Shown piece after piece: positions 46,509-55,715 of a stretch of DNA of 56,039 nucleotides (the stretch's first letter is position 1; every line of letters begins with the position of its first letter). The position numbers and the translations under genes were made by a program. A model generated the notes under the pieces. That model saw only the letters and a program-made list of their open reading frames with translations. It made no database searches and had not been told where the DNA came from. Origin of the DNA: Thermodesulfobacteriota bacterium (GTDB taxonomy: Bacteria; Desulfobacterota; BSN033; UBA1163); contig DATHCH010000303.1 of assembly GCA_035319625.1 (NCBI GenBank), positions 1-56,039 of the forward strand, written 5' to 3'.

Positions 46509-48005
46509 TCACAAAGGCCAGTTGGCTCTGATCATTGTGCCGGCTCCCGGAGTCGTTTCAATCACAAAGACGCCGCCTGAAAGCTCGGTACGCTCTCTCA
46601 TGCTGTTAAGCCCCAGTCCTTTCTTTGGCTTTTCGGACGACAGAATTTCTTCCAAGCCGAATCCTATCCCGTTGTCTTTAATGATTAATTCAATCCTGTT
46701 CTCCATGGTTTGAAGCGAGAGATGAACGAGGTCAGCCTTGCTGTGTTTGGCGATATTGTTGAGGGCCTCCTGGATCAAGCGGTAGATCGCCGTTTTGAGA
46801 GGAACAGAGACTTCGTTCTCCTGGAGGCCAATCTCTTTTTCGATACGGATGTGGGAATAGATTTTTTGATACTCCCGGCAGAACCAGTCGAGGGTTGCCA
46901 ATACTCCAAGGTCATCCAGCGTGGAAGGCCAGAGATCCATCTGGATCCTTCTGGTTTCTTCAATTGTTTCTCTAACCAGGGGAATGAGGGTCTCCGGAGA
47001 TTTCTTTTTATTTTTTTCCTGAAGGGTGCTTTCTATTTTGAACTTGATGGCCGTCAGCATCTGCCCGATGCTGTCATGGAGTTCTACGGCGATCCTTCTT
47101 CTCTCGTTCTCCTGGACGGCCAGGAGCTGGGAAGAGAGATAACGGAGGCGTCCCTCCGAATCCTTCAGTTCCTCCTCTAAATTAAACCGATTGGCTGCCT
47201 CCCCGATCAAAGGCGCCATAGACTCGATAAACACGATACTGTTTAAGGTGACTTTCCCTTCACATTCATCAGCGACATGGATTGCCCCCATAATCTTTTC
47301 GCGGTAGCGAATGGGAACGATGGCGACCGACTTGAACCCGTGCTTGATGCAGACGCCTCTGAACCTTGTCTTCTCCTCTTCCAATAAGCTTCCGATAAAT
47401 TCAAAAGTGTTCTCGCAACGGAAGGAGCCTGCGGGTGTCATCACAGGTCTATCTTGTGGATCGGGTCTCCCCGTGACGACCCGGATACAGGCGCACTGAT
47501 CATACTTGACCGAAAGCAGATTCTCCGATTCCCAGAACTCCTGATCGAAGCCCACATAGGACTCGTAGGGGATATAATCTTTCTCATTCAATATCCGGAT
47601 GCCCACGCAACGGTAACCGCTCCAGGGCTGAATCAGTTCAATAACAGAATCAAGGTACTCCTTTCGGGTCGATTTTCTCACAAAGAGGTTCAGGAGAAAA
47701 TTGGTAGCTTCCATGCGCCTGTGGGCTTCTGTGAGCTCGGTAATGTCGCGGGCCGCGGCAAAGACGCCCTGGATCTCGCCAGCCTCGTTTCTATAAACCG
47801 TTGCGTTGTATAAAACGTTTACGACTTTGCCCGACGTATGACGGATGGCAAGAGGATAGTCTCTAACCAATCCCTCCGTAAAGACCTGTTGGTATCCTTC
47901 TTTAGCTCTCACAGGGTCCGTAAAATAGTCCGAGAAATCGCTTCCAATAAGTCCCTCGCGGGTCATGCCGGTCACAAGCTTCGTAGCCTCATTCACATCC
48001 ATCAC
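46509..48005 (-). CDS. PAS-GAF-HisKA_3-HATPase sensor kinase segment (C-terminal part of an interrupted giant kinase)
   Basis: H-box RRRIAVELHDSIGQML, N-box EALNNIAKHS, DNGIGF and GLGLNSMRER. The partner type fits the NarL-family regulator at 45571. Confidence 0.85.
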   Translation of the reverse strand: MMDVNEATKLVTGMTREGLIGSDFSDYFTDPVRAKEGYQQVFTEGLVRDYPLAIRHTSGKVVNVLYNATVYRNEAGEIQGVFAAARDITELTEAHRRMEATNFLLNLFVRKSTRKEYLDSVIELIQPWSGYRCVGIRILNEKDYIPYESYVGFDQEFWESENLLSVKYDQCACIRVVTGRPDPQDRPVMTPAGSFRCENTFEFIGSLLEEEKTRFRGVCIKHGFKSVAIVPIRYREKIMGAIHVADECEGKVTLNSIVFIESMAPLIGEAANRFNLEEELKDSEGRLRYLSSQLLAVQENERRRIAVELHDSIGQMLTAIKFKIESTLQEKNKKKSPETLIPLVRETIEETRRIQMDLWPSTLDDLGVLATLDWFCREYQKIYSHIRIEKEIGLQENEVSVPLKTAIYRLIQEALNNIAKHSKADLVHLSLQTMENRIELIIKDNGIGFGLEEILSSEKPKKGLGLNSMRERTELSGGVFVIETTPGAGTMIRANWPL

Positions 48006-48547
48006 CTTTCCGTCTGCACTGATCGTGACAAGGGGATCGAGCTGGCCTCGATGAGACTGCGGTTATATTGGTGGGCTGCCTTCAGAGCCTCTTCAGCCCG
48101 TTTCCGCTCAGTGATATCGAGGAAGGATGCAACCCAGCCCGTTGTCTCCCCTTTTGTGCCAGAGAGAGGTGAGATAGAAATCAGAGTGTCAAAGCGTTCT
48201 TTGTTACGCCGGCGAAGTCGCAGCTCGAAACCCTGCACTGATTTCCTTCTGGCCAAATTTTGTTGAATTTCCCCGGCAATCTTTGCAGATTCAGGCGGCC
48301 AAAAGACAAAAGGAGGGTACATCCCAACCAATTCATCTTCGCTCCATCCGGCCATTTTGCAAAAAGCATTGTTAACGTAGATGAGTTTCCCGGAAGGGTC
48401 GGTCGCCGCGACACCGGCAACCATGGAGTTTTCAATCGCCTTGCGGAAATTATATTCCTTCCGAAAGGCATCTTCTGCTCGCTTTTGCTCGGTGACATCC
48501 TGGAGCGAAAACACTAAAAGCTCCACTTCACCCTTATCATCTAACAA
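48002..48547 (-). CDS. PAS-domain segment of the interrupted kinase
   Basis: A PAS core (VAATDPSGKLIYVNNAFCKMAGWSEDELVG) between coiled-coil linkers (QDVTEQKRAEDAF, ITERKRAEEAL). Separated from the downstream segment only by a frameshift near 48040-48050. Confidence 0.7.
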   Translation of the reverse strand: MLDDKGEVELLVFSLQDVTEQKRAEDAFRKEYNFRKAIENSMVAGVAATDPSGKLIYVNNAFCKMAGWSEDELVGMYPPFVFWPPESAKIAGEIQQNLARRKSVQGFELRLRRRNKERFDTLISISPLSGTKGETTGWVASFLDITERKRAEEALKAAHQYNRSLIEASSIPLSRSVQTER

Positions 48548-48670
48548 TGGTGTTAAAGTTCAGTCCCAATAAGTGAGGCCCCACTCAGGATGGTCCGGGA
48601 AGGAAAACGGTTTCGCAAAGGCTTGATAAGGTGCCTTTGTCTCTACCACTTGCTTGAAGATAGCCTCATT

Positions 48671-51238
48671 TTACTCGTGAGGATAAAATTCGAAATGGTT
48701 ATGCCCTGGAAATTCAGAAATGTCACGCTGGCAGGTGTTGGCGTAGGCTTCGTTGACTCTGACAAAATTGAAATTCCTGTCGAGAAATACAAGAGGAGTG
48801 ATCGTTGAAGTAAAGAATCCCTCCAAGATCTTCGATTGCTCCATGACAGCCTTACCAGACTTCATGTACCCGATCATTTCTCCGAGTTCTATGGCAATGG
48901 CATTGATCAGACCTCTTTCTTCCTTTGTGAAAGGTCCTTCGTAACATGTGGGCCTCTCTTTCAGGTAGCACACTTCTATGCTGCCGACGGTTTCTCCGTG
49001 GACAATGATGTCACTGGCCTGCTTCCATGCGGTCTCTCTGAAGTTATCGGCCTTATATCCGTTGCCTCCAAGAACGATTCGTGCAGTGGCGACTTGCGGA
49101 TATTGCCACCCCGAGGAAATGAGATGGGCAATATTCTGGAGTTTTTCTTCCAGCCGGGTGTATTGTCTTTCGACATAATAACTGATGGAGTAAAGGAGGT
49201 TTAATTGCTTCACCCGCTCATTGAGATCATGGGTTAGTTTTCGTAACGCTTCCTCGGTTTGTTTTCGCGCTGCAATTTCACCCCTCAATTCTTCGTTGAC
49301 TTTTGCCAGCTCTGCGGTCCGCTCTTGAACGCGTATTTCTAATTCGTCCCTAGACCTTTGGAGCTCGTCGAAAAGTCGCGTGTTTTCAAGGGCAAGACCC
49401 AGCGAGTGGCCAAGCTTTCGGGCAAAATCGATCTGGGCACTGGCGAAGGTAACAGGGGCCGAATGGTGGTTTACGAAAAGGACGCCTATCACCCTTTCTT
49501 TAGTGACCAAGGGGATGACTATAACCGAACGAACATTATGTTTTTGCATGTGCTCTCGGTTGACTCTTCCGTCATTGAAGACATCATTAATAACAACCAC
49601 CTGTTTCGTTTTAATCGCAAGTAAAGCATGGGGTTCTTGCTCATCAACCATTTCTGCCCCAATGAAATCCTCTGGGAAGCCGTAGACATAACTTACAACC
49701 CATTCATTTCCTTTCCTCAGGGATATGGCTGCCGACTCAGCGCCTATTGCCTCGCAAGCTTGTGCGACAACTCGATTCACAATCTCATCAAAATCGAGAG
49801 TGGAATTGATAACGAGGCTAATATCGTTAAGGGATTGACTTAGCATTTGCGCCTGCTTGCGCTCGGTGATGTCGCAGCTATAAATACGTATGCGATCCGT
49901 ATTCGGAACACGGAAAAAAGTTTGATCATACCAGAAATTGCCAATCTTTACTTCATGTCTAAGAGGCCCCTTGATTTCTTCTTTCAGAGTAGAAGCGAAC
50001 GATTCCAAACCGGCAAGCGATGGGTGCTGGATCCCAGAAGTTGTAAGATCAGGGAATAATTCTTTAGCTGCTGGGTTAAGATAATGGAGGGTTCCAGCCA
50101 GATCTACTTCCACGATGGGGTTGGGATTTATCTCAGGAAACGAAGCAAGGTAGTGAAGTGACTCTTCAGCACGCTTGCGCTCGGTGATTTCCTGTTTCAG
50201 GTATTCGTTTGCATTTTCAACTTCGGCGGTGCGCTGGCGGACGCGTTCCTCAAGCTGTACATCGAGTTGTTTGAGTTCGTTCTCCATTTGTTTAAGATGG
50301 GTGACGTCTCCAAACGTTCCTATCCAGCCTACGACTTTTCCCTCGCGATCTTTTAGGGGTGAAGGCAGGACCAAAACATCGAAGCGTTCTCCGTTCTTTC
50401 TCATGAGGCGGAGTTCAAGGCCGTCACGGGAAGCCTTGCCACTCATTACTGTATGGAAAGCCCTGGTGATGTGATCCAATTTCTCCGGAGGCCAATAGGC
50501 AAAGGGTGGTTTTCTTCCAAGTAATTCCTCCTCGCTTCGTCCAACCATCCTGCAGAAAGTATTATTAACGTACGATTGTCGCCCGTCCAAATCGACGGCG
50601 GCAATTCCCGGAAGGATAGAATTCTCGACGGCAATGCGAAAGGCATGTTCGGTTTCGGCTTTCTCCTGTGCCTTCTTGAGTTCGGTGATGTCAGTGACGA
50701 CGGATCGTATCCTGAAGGTTTTCCCATCAGGGGCTGAAATGCTCTCAAGGGACGCATAGAAAGGCTCCCCATTTTTCCCAATGAGTTTCAGCTCGCATCG
50801 CTCTTTCGCCCCGGGCTTTAAGAGATTCAGACGGTGATCACTAAAGAGAAAATGAAAGTCCGGATCCACAAATGTCGAAAATGGGCTATGGAGCAACTTT
50901 GTCCTCTCGACACTCAGAAGGTTGGCTCCCGTGAGATTGACTTCCAAAATTTCTCCTCGCTGGCTGAATGTGAAATAGCCAACCCGGGCAAAATCGTAGA
51001 GATCGGAATACATGGTTCGAGACTCCTCAATCTCTGCCCGATCCCTCCGCAGCTCCTCATTCTGCATCTCCAGCTCAATCTGATGTACGTGAAGCTCGTG
51101 GACGAGCTTCTTGACATCCTTGTCTTCGACCTTGGAGACAATCTGAGAATTTTCGGAGAGCGGCTTCTCCGCCCTCTGCCGCAGTGGTTCTTTTTTGGAT
51201 TTCTTGGTGGAACTCATATGTGACGCTCCTGTCTTCAA
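48671..51238 (-). CDS. multi-PAS / double-GAF sensor segment (N-terminal part of the interrupted kinase)
   Basis: 855 aa. Repeated PAS cores joined by coiled-coil linkers of the TERK[RQ]AE type, plus two GAF-like regions. Ends at an in-frame TAA in the middle of a PAS domain. Confidence 0.8.
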   Translation of the reverse strand: MKTGASHMSSTKKSKKEPLRQRAEKPLSENSQIVSKVEDKDVKKLVHELHVHQIELEMQNEELRRDRAEIEESRTMYSDLYDFARVGYFTFSQRGEILEVNLTGANLLSVERTKLLHSPFSTFVDPDFHFLFSDHRLNLLKPGAKERCELKLIGKNGEPFYASLESISAPDGKTFRIRSVVTDITELKKAQEKAETEHAFRIAVENSILPGIAAVDLDGRQSYVNNTFCRMVGRSEEELLGRKPPFAYWPPEKLDHITRAFHTVMSGKASRDGLELRLMRKNGERFDVLVLPSPLKDREGKVVGWIGTFGDVTHLKQMENELKQLDVQLEERVRQRTAEVENANEYLKQEITERKRAEESLHYLASFPEINPNPIVEVDLAGTLHYLNPAAKELFPDLTTSGIQHPSLAGLESFASTLKEEIKGPLRHEVKIGNFWYDQTFFRVPNTDRIRIYSCDITERKQAQMLSQSLNDISLVINSTLDFDEIVNRVVAQACEAIGAESAAISLRKGNEWVVSYVYGFPEDFIGAEMVDEQEPHALLAIKTKQVVVINDVFNDGRVNREHMQKHNVRSVIVIPLVTKERVIGVLFVNHHSAPVTFASAQIDFARKLGHSLGLALENTRLFDELQRSRDELEIRVQERTAELAKVNEELRGEIAARKQTEEALRKLTHDLNERVKQLNLLYSISYYVERQYTRLEEKLQNIAHLISSGWQYPQVATARIVLGGNGYKADNFRETAWKQASDIIVHGETVGSIEVCYLKERPTCYEGPFTKEERGLINAIAIELGEMIGYMKSGKAVMEQSKILEGFFTSTITPLVFLDRNFNFVRVNEAYANTCQRDISEFPGHNHFEFYPHE

Positions 51239-51240
51239 TT

Positions 51241-51270
51241 TCGGATTGCGGATTGCGAATTACGAATTAC
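51241..51270. repeat. solo word-repeat arm (CGGATTGCG / CGAATTAC words)
   Basis: TCGGATTGCGGATTGCGAATTACGAATTAC. No complementary arm is seen. The same GGATTGCG word occurs at 36563-36645. Confidence 0.5.
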
Positions 51271-51334
51271 TCTAAAGTTTAGGAGATGGGGAGATAGGGG
51301 GGTGGGGAACCTCATCCTTCCCGAACCTAAGTGC

Positions 51335-51631
51335 TCAACGTCGCTTCGCCCCTGGCAGTAACCACGGTTGAGGACTGTTGATCATGGTCACTATCTTTCC
51401 CAGAATGTTATCGTAGGAGGTCAATAATTTTCGTCCTCTTTTTGTGCTTAAATAACCACACCGAGCTGAGAACTCCAACCATACCTGCGTCTCGGCAGCC
51501 TCTGCCTCAGCGTCACTTAGCTTACTGAGGAATGAAGCTTCATAACGCCTCTTACGCCACGCTTCTGCTATATTTGTAGAAATCGATCGTGATGAACGCC
51601 GTATCTGATATCCTGGTTCGCGCCCCTTTGA
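51335..51631 (-). pseudogene. four-helix-bundle protein (23S rRNA IVS protein family), C-terminal fragment without a start codon
   Basis: The open frame reads ..EPGYQIRRSSRSISTNIAEAWRKRRYEASFLSKLSDAEAEAAETQVWLEFSARCGYLSTKRGRKLLTSYDNILGKIVTMINSPQPW. There is no in-frame start, and a TAA lies immediately upstream. Confidence 0.6.
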
Positions 51632-51828
51632 TTATCATAATACATCCCAATTTTATCATTTAACTCCGTTATTTTCCAGATGTCAAGAAGGATGGAATGT
51701 GTCCAAGGCATCGTTATTCATTCACCTTTCTTGACGTAAGCCTCCCTTTCTTGTATATTCAACTCACCCTGAAAGGAAGCTCTTATGGTGGCCGTCAGCG
51801 AATTAGTTGGTACTCTTGGAAAGGGGTG

Positions 51829-54153
51829 ATGAGCGTGGACCTTTTTGAGAAGGCCTATAACTATCATGATGCCGAGAGAATTATTAATCTCGGTCTCTAC
51901 CCTTATTTTCGCGTCAACGAAGGGGCGGTAGACACCACGGTCATTATGAATGGCCGCAAAACAGTGATGATCGGCTCCAACAATTATCTCGGTTTGACCT
52001 CGCATCCGGAGGTGAAGGAGGCTGCCGTCAAGGCCATTGAGAAGTACGGGACCGGCTGCACAGGCTCCCGTTTTCTGAACGGGACGATCGATTTGCATGT
52101 GGAGCTGGAGTGGCGCCTGGCCCGGTTTATGAAGAAAGAGGCCTCCTTGGTATTTAGTACCGGGTTTACGACCAATCTGGGCGTTATCTCCACGATCGTG
52201 GGAAAGAATGACATCGTCATCTCGGACCGCACCAATCATGCGTCGATCTTGGACGGCTGTCGGATGGCCTTAGGAAAAGTTTTAAAATTTCGTCATAATG
52301 ACATGGAAGACCTGGAGCGCATCCTGATCAATATTCAGGATAAGAAGGTGGGTAAACTCATTGTGGTCGACGGGGTATTTTCCATGGAAGGCGATCTGGC
52401 GGATCTGAAGCATATTGTCCCTTTGGCTAAGAGATACCGATGCCGGGTGATGGTGGATGAGGCACACAGCCTGGGCGTGCTGGGCAAGGGCGGCCGGGGC
52501 ACGTGCGAAGAAATGGGTGTGCTGGATAAGGTGGATCTGGTGATGGGCACGTTTTCAAAATCGTTTGCGAGCTTGGGGGGATTTATCGCCGGCGAAGAAA
52601 AAGTGATCTCGTTCTTAAAGCACAATGCCCGCACCTTTATGTTCCAGGCGGCCCCTCCGCCCGCTGCCGCAGCGACCGCTCTGGCTGCCTTGAATATTCT
52701 GGAGCGCGAGCCGGAGCGCAGGCAAAAGCTCTGGGAGAATGTGCGCTACATGCTCAGGGAAATTCAACGCATGGGATTTAAGACCGCGGCGACGCAATCG
52801 GCCATCATTCCTATTCTTGTGGGCGATGATTTGAAAACCTTCCAATTTGCCAAGATGCTCGAGCAGGAGGGTGTCTACGTCAATCCGGTGGTCTCTCCCG
52901 CCGTTCCACCCGGGATGGCCTGTCTTCGGACCTCCTATACGGCCACGCATTCTCGCCAGGAGCTGGACTATGCCCTGGACAAGCTTAGAAAAATCGGCAC
53001 CGAGTTGGGTGTGATCGGACCCAGCGCGCCGGGGGCGCCCATCGACATCCGCACGATCGGTGAGGAGAAGAGCGATCAAATGAATTTCTTGAAGCTGCCC
53101 TGGAAAATCTACACCCGGGACCACAATTGGGTGCCGCCGATGATTACGGATGTGGAGACGATTTTTGACCGTCAAGAAAATATTTTCTACGGCCACGGCG
53201 AGGCGAGAGCTTTTTTGGCGTATCGAGGAGGGGAGATCGCAGGCCGGATTGTGGCTGCCGTTGACGATCGCGCCAACCGGTATCATAATGAGCGGGCGGG
53301 TTTCTTCGGTTTTTTCGAGGCCGACCGGGACTACAGTGCCGCCGCCGCGCTTTTGGATGCCGCCAGGAAGTGGTTGTCGGAGCGGGACATGAAGGTGATA
53401 CGCGGGCCGATCGCTTTTTCCCAATTGGACGGGATGGGCTGCTTAGTGGAAGGGTTTGACCATCCGCCGGCCATCATGATGCCTTACAATCCTTCTTATT
53501 ATCCTGAGTTTCTGGAGAAATATGGTTTTGAGAAAGAGAAGGATTTCTATGCCTATTGGATGGACGCCCGCGGTCCTTTCCCAGAGGGTTTGGAGAAACT
53601 CTCCGAGCATGCCCAGAAGAAGGAGGGGATTGCCATCCGGCACCTGAACATGAGCCGGTTCCGGCAGGAGATGAATACGCTGATGGGGATATTGAACGAT
53701 GCCAACAGTGAGGAATTCGGGTTTACTCCTCTCAGCGCCGGCGACCTCCAGTACCTTATCGCCAAACTTCGGCCTGTGATTGAAAAGGAGCTGGTCAATT
53801 TTGTGGAGGTCAAGGGCAAGCCCGTGGCCTTCTCGATGATTTTGCCCAACTATAATGAAGTACTCAAACGCTTTGACGGGCGCGTGGGCTTTGCCGACAT
53901 GTTGAAATTTTATTTCTACTCCAAGCAGATCAAGACCCTCAGGTTCGCCTTACTGGCTGTGCGCAAAGCTTTCCAGCGCCGGGGATTGGAGACCCTCCTG
54001 TATCTCGAGTCCTTCCGGGTGGCAAAGGCACGCGGCTACACGGGCGGCGAGCTTTCATGGGTACGGGAAGACAACAACCTGCTCAACAAAAGAATTGAGA
54101 TGATGGGGGGCAAGCGCATCAAAACGTACCGGGTGTATCAATTGAAGCTCTAA
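51829..54153 (+). CDS. fusion protein: alpha-oxoamine synthase (serine palmitoyltransferase/KBL-like) + ~390-aa GNAT-like N-acyltransferase domain
   Basis: N half: GSNNYLGL, DEAHSLGVLG, PLP-lysine GTFSKSFASLGG. C half: RAGFFGFFEA..., LAVRKAFQRRGLETLL (acyl-CoA binding-like), ELSWVREDN. Start set at MSVDLFEKAY (the track ORF begins at 51697). Confidence 0.85.
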   Translation: MSVDLFEKAYNYHDAERIINLGLYPYFRVNEGAVDTTVIMNGRKTVMIGSNNYLGLTSHPEVKEAAVKAIEKYGTGCTGSRFLNGTIDLHVELEWRLARFMKKEASLVFSTGFTTNLGVISTIVGKNDIVISDRTNHASILDGCRMALGKVLKFRHNDMEDLERILINIQDKKVGKLIVVDGVFSMEGDLADLKHIVPLAKRYRCRVMVDEAHSLGVLGKGGRGTCEEMGVLDKVDLVMGTFSKSFASLGGFIAGEEKVISFLKHNARTFMFQAAPPPAAAATALAALNILEREPERRQKLWENVRYMLREIQRMGFKTAATQSAIIPILVGDDLKTFQFAKMLEQEGVYVNPVVSPAVPPGMACLRTSYTATHSRQELDYALDKLRKIGTELGVIGPSAPGAPIDIRTIGEEKSDQMNFLKLPWKIYTRDHNWVPPMITDVETIFDRQENIFYGHGEARAFLAYRGGEIAGRIVAAVDDRANRYHNERAGFFGFFEADRDYSAAAALLDAARKWLSERDMKVIRGPIAFSQLDGMGCLVEGFDHPPAIMMPYNPSYYPEFLEKYGFEKEKDFYAYWMDARGPFPEGLEKLSEHAQKKEGIAIRHLNMSRFRQEMNTLMGILNDANSEEFGFTPLSAGDLQYLIAKLRPVIEKELVNFVEVKGKPVAFSMILPNYNEVLKRFDGRVGFADMLKFYFYSKQIKTLRFALLAVRKAFQRRGLETLLYLESFRVAKARGYTGGELSWVREDNNLLNKRIEMMGGKRIKTYRVYQLKL

Positions 54154-54292
54154 CACAAACGGAAAAGCCGCATCTCAGACCTTAAGGACCCTTCTTCGTA
54201 ACGATACACAACCAGTTCTTGGTTCGCGGGCGGTCGCCCGAGCCTAGGATAAAGGTTTAGCCCTGAGTCTTCAAATCTTCGGCATCCTTCTC

Positions 54293-54321
54293 TTGCTTTT
54301 GATCCTGGATTTAGATATAAT
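54293..54321 (+). promoter_or_regulatory. near-consensus sigma-70 promoter
   Basis: TTGCTT-N17-TATAAT. Confidence 0.55.
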
Positions 54322-54327
54322 AACAAC

Positions 54328-54407
54328 ACAACCAAGTTGCGCAGAGCGTTTTAGGCTTACAGGATATGCCCGCAAGAACTCTAAACGACTTCTTTGCGGG
54401 CTTTTTT
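54328..54407 (+). ncRNA. candidate ~80-nt small RNA or terminating 5' leader
   Basis: The promoter lies immediately upstream. It ends in an intrinsic terminator, GCCCGCAAGAA-ctctaaacgac-TTCTTTGCGGGC-TTTTTT (54368-54407). Confidence 0.4.
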
Positions 54408-54563
54408 ATGGCCAAGCCAAAGAAGATTTTGGCAATTAAGAGCCTTAACGGGAAGGAACTCCAGGGTAAAGAGACGAGCGTGACTGAGGCGAATCCTCGT
54501 ACCGGTGATCGAAGAACTGGGGGAGGGCGAATGGAAGATAATCGCCGCAGAAACCGCTACTAA
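54408..54563 (+). pseudogene. 3' remnant of an RRM-type RNA-binding protein gene
   Basis: AIKSLNGKELQGKETSVTEANPR plus an Arg/Gly tail corresponds to the last strand(s) of an RRM. The RNP1 and RNP2 motifs are missing. Confidence 0.5.
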
Positions 54564-54592
54564 TCCTGTTTTTCCGGAGAAGAGGTTGGTCA

Positions 54593-54784
54593 ATGTTACA
54601 GCGAAGAAGGCATGGGCGCCCCCATGCTCCAAAATCAAACCATTTTAGACATTCAAAGTCATATAAAGTCGTATGCTCGGGCTGTGGAAAGGAAGTCATC
54701 ACTCCGGTTCTCCCGCCAGATGACAAGAAACTGCTCTGCATGGAATGCTTCAGCAAATCAGGAATATCAAAGGAGGAAACATGA
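54593..54784 (+). CDS. CxxC-x17-CxxC zinc-ribbon protein
   Basis: CSGC-GKEVITPVLPPDDKKLL-CMEC has exactly 17 residues between the pairs. Its stop overlaps the RRM gene start (ATGA). Confidence 0.7.
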   Translation: MLQRRRHGRPHAPKSNHFRHSKSYKVVCSGCGKEVITPVLPPDDKKLLCMECFSKSGISKEET

Positions 54785-55047
54785 ACAGGAAAGTTTACGT
54801 AGCCAACCTCCCTGGACAGGCCACCGAGACCGAACTCAGGGCGCTTTTCTCGAAAGCCGGAAACGTCATTTCGGTCAAGATGGTCCAGGACCGACAAACG
54901 GGGCAGCCAAGAGGCATTGCCTTCGTGGAGATGTCTACGCAATGGGAAGGCCGAAGAGCTGTTTCCATGCTGAACCGCCAGGATTTCATGGGGAGAAATT
55001 TACTAGTAAAAGAGGCTGCAGAAAAAAGAAGCTTCCGAGGAAGATAG
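54781..55047 (+). CDS. RRM-domain RNA-binding protein
   Basis: RNP2 VYVANL and RNP1 RGIAFVEM. AAGGAGG SD. Confidence 0.88.
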   Translation: MNRKVYVANLPGQATETELRALFSKAGNVISVKMVQDRQTGQPRGIAFVEMSTQWEGRRAVSMLNRQDFMGRNLLVKEAAEKRSFRGR

Positions 55048-55066
55048 GGGTAGAAAGGGAGGGGCC

Positions 55067-55327
55067 ATGAATAAAGCAAGACTTGAGTGGGTGATGTCCG
55101 GGTTAAACCAGTATGCATTAACCACGGCTGAACTCCTTTTTCTCTAAACTGTATCGGCAGACTTCGATAGAAACCAGGTGCTGACGGAACATCAGGAGGA
55201 AAGACTGGGGGACCTTTACAAAGAGAAGTCAAAACTGATACCTATTAAAAAGGCTGATCATTTTTCCCCTAAGAAAAGCAACCCCCAAAAGACTGGGCCT
55301 CGGATGCCCCACGGGAAAACATTCTAA
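55067..55327 (+). pseudogene. hypothetical 86-codon frame interrupted by an in-frame TAA at 55145
   Basis: GGGAGG SD. MNKARLEWVMSGLNQYALTTAELLFL-stop-TVSADFDRNQVLTEHQEERLGDLYKEK..., all in one frame. Confidence 0.3.
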
Positions 55328-55330
55328 TGT

Positions 55331-55715
55331 GTGCCTATTGCTGAAAAAGTGATCAGGGTGGACGTCAAGACACAGCCTTATCCCTTCAAAGAAACCGACG
55401 CTTCTTCAAAAGAGTACCAGATGGTTAAAACGACGAGTAGGATGAACTTCCATATCGATCCGGTTTTGTGTCAACGACCTTTACCAGAAAGTGGGGCTCG
55501 ACTTTGCCGACAACGTGATTGATCCGGCCCTTAATGACGTTGTTAAGGAGATCGTCCCGACCTATCCGATCGGAGAAATCCTCGCTTCGAATCCTGCAAT
55601 CGAGAAAATTAGCATTATAGAAAGGCCCATGCTTTTGGCACGGGCCCTTTGTTTGCCGGCTCCCCGCGCAGGACTCGGTCACTACGGTCGAGACCTGCTC
55701 ACCTTTGTTGCGTAG
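55331..55715 (+). pseudogene. SPFH/band-7 domain fragment with a frameshift
   Basis: ..RMNFHIDPVL | VNDLYQKVGLDFADNVIDPALNDVVKEIVPTYPIGEILA.. spans two track ORFs (55331-55522, 55491-55715). Both ends are truncated. Confidence 0.5.

Noticed and set aside
48560-48562. In-frame TGA in the PAS domain as Trp or selenocysteine recoding.
   Set aside because: TGA ends many clearly complete genes here (rSAM 1892, murE/murF overlap, ftsW/murG overlap). No SECIS-like context was noted. A TAA and a frameshift occur in the same gene, which favours decay or error.
46289-51631. The C-terminal fragment (51.3-51.6 kb) and N-terminal fragment (46.3-46.5 kb) of four-helix-bundle genes flanking the kinase, read as one gene split by insertion of the kinase.
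   Set aside because: In reading direction the order is C-fragment, kinase, N-fragment, the opposite of an insertion. The flanking hairpin words also differ (CGGATTGCG versus GACGCGGAG). Two independently decayed copies is the simpler explanation.
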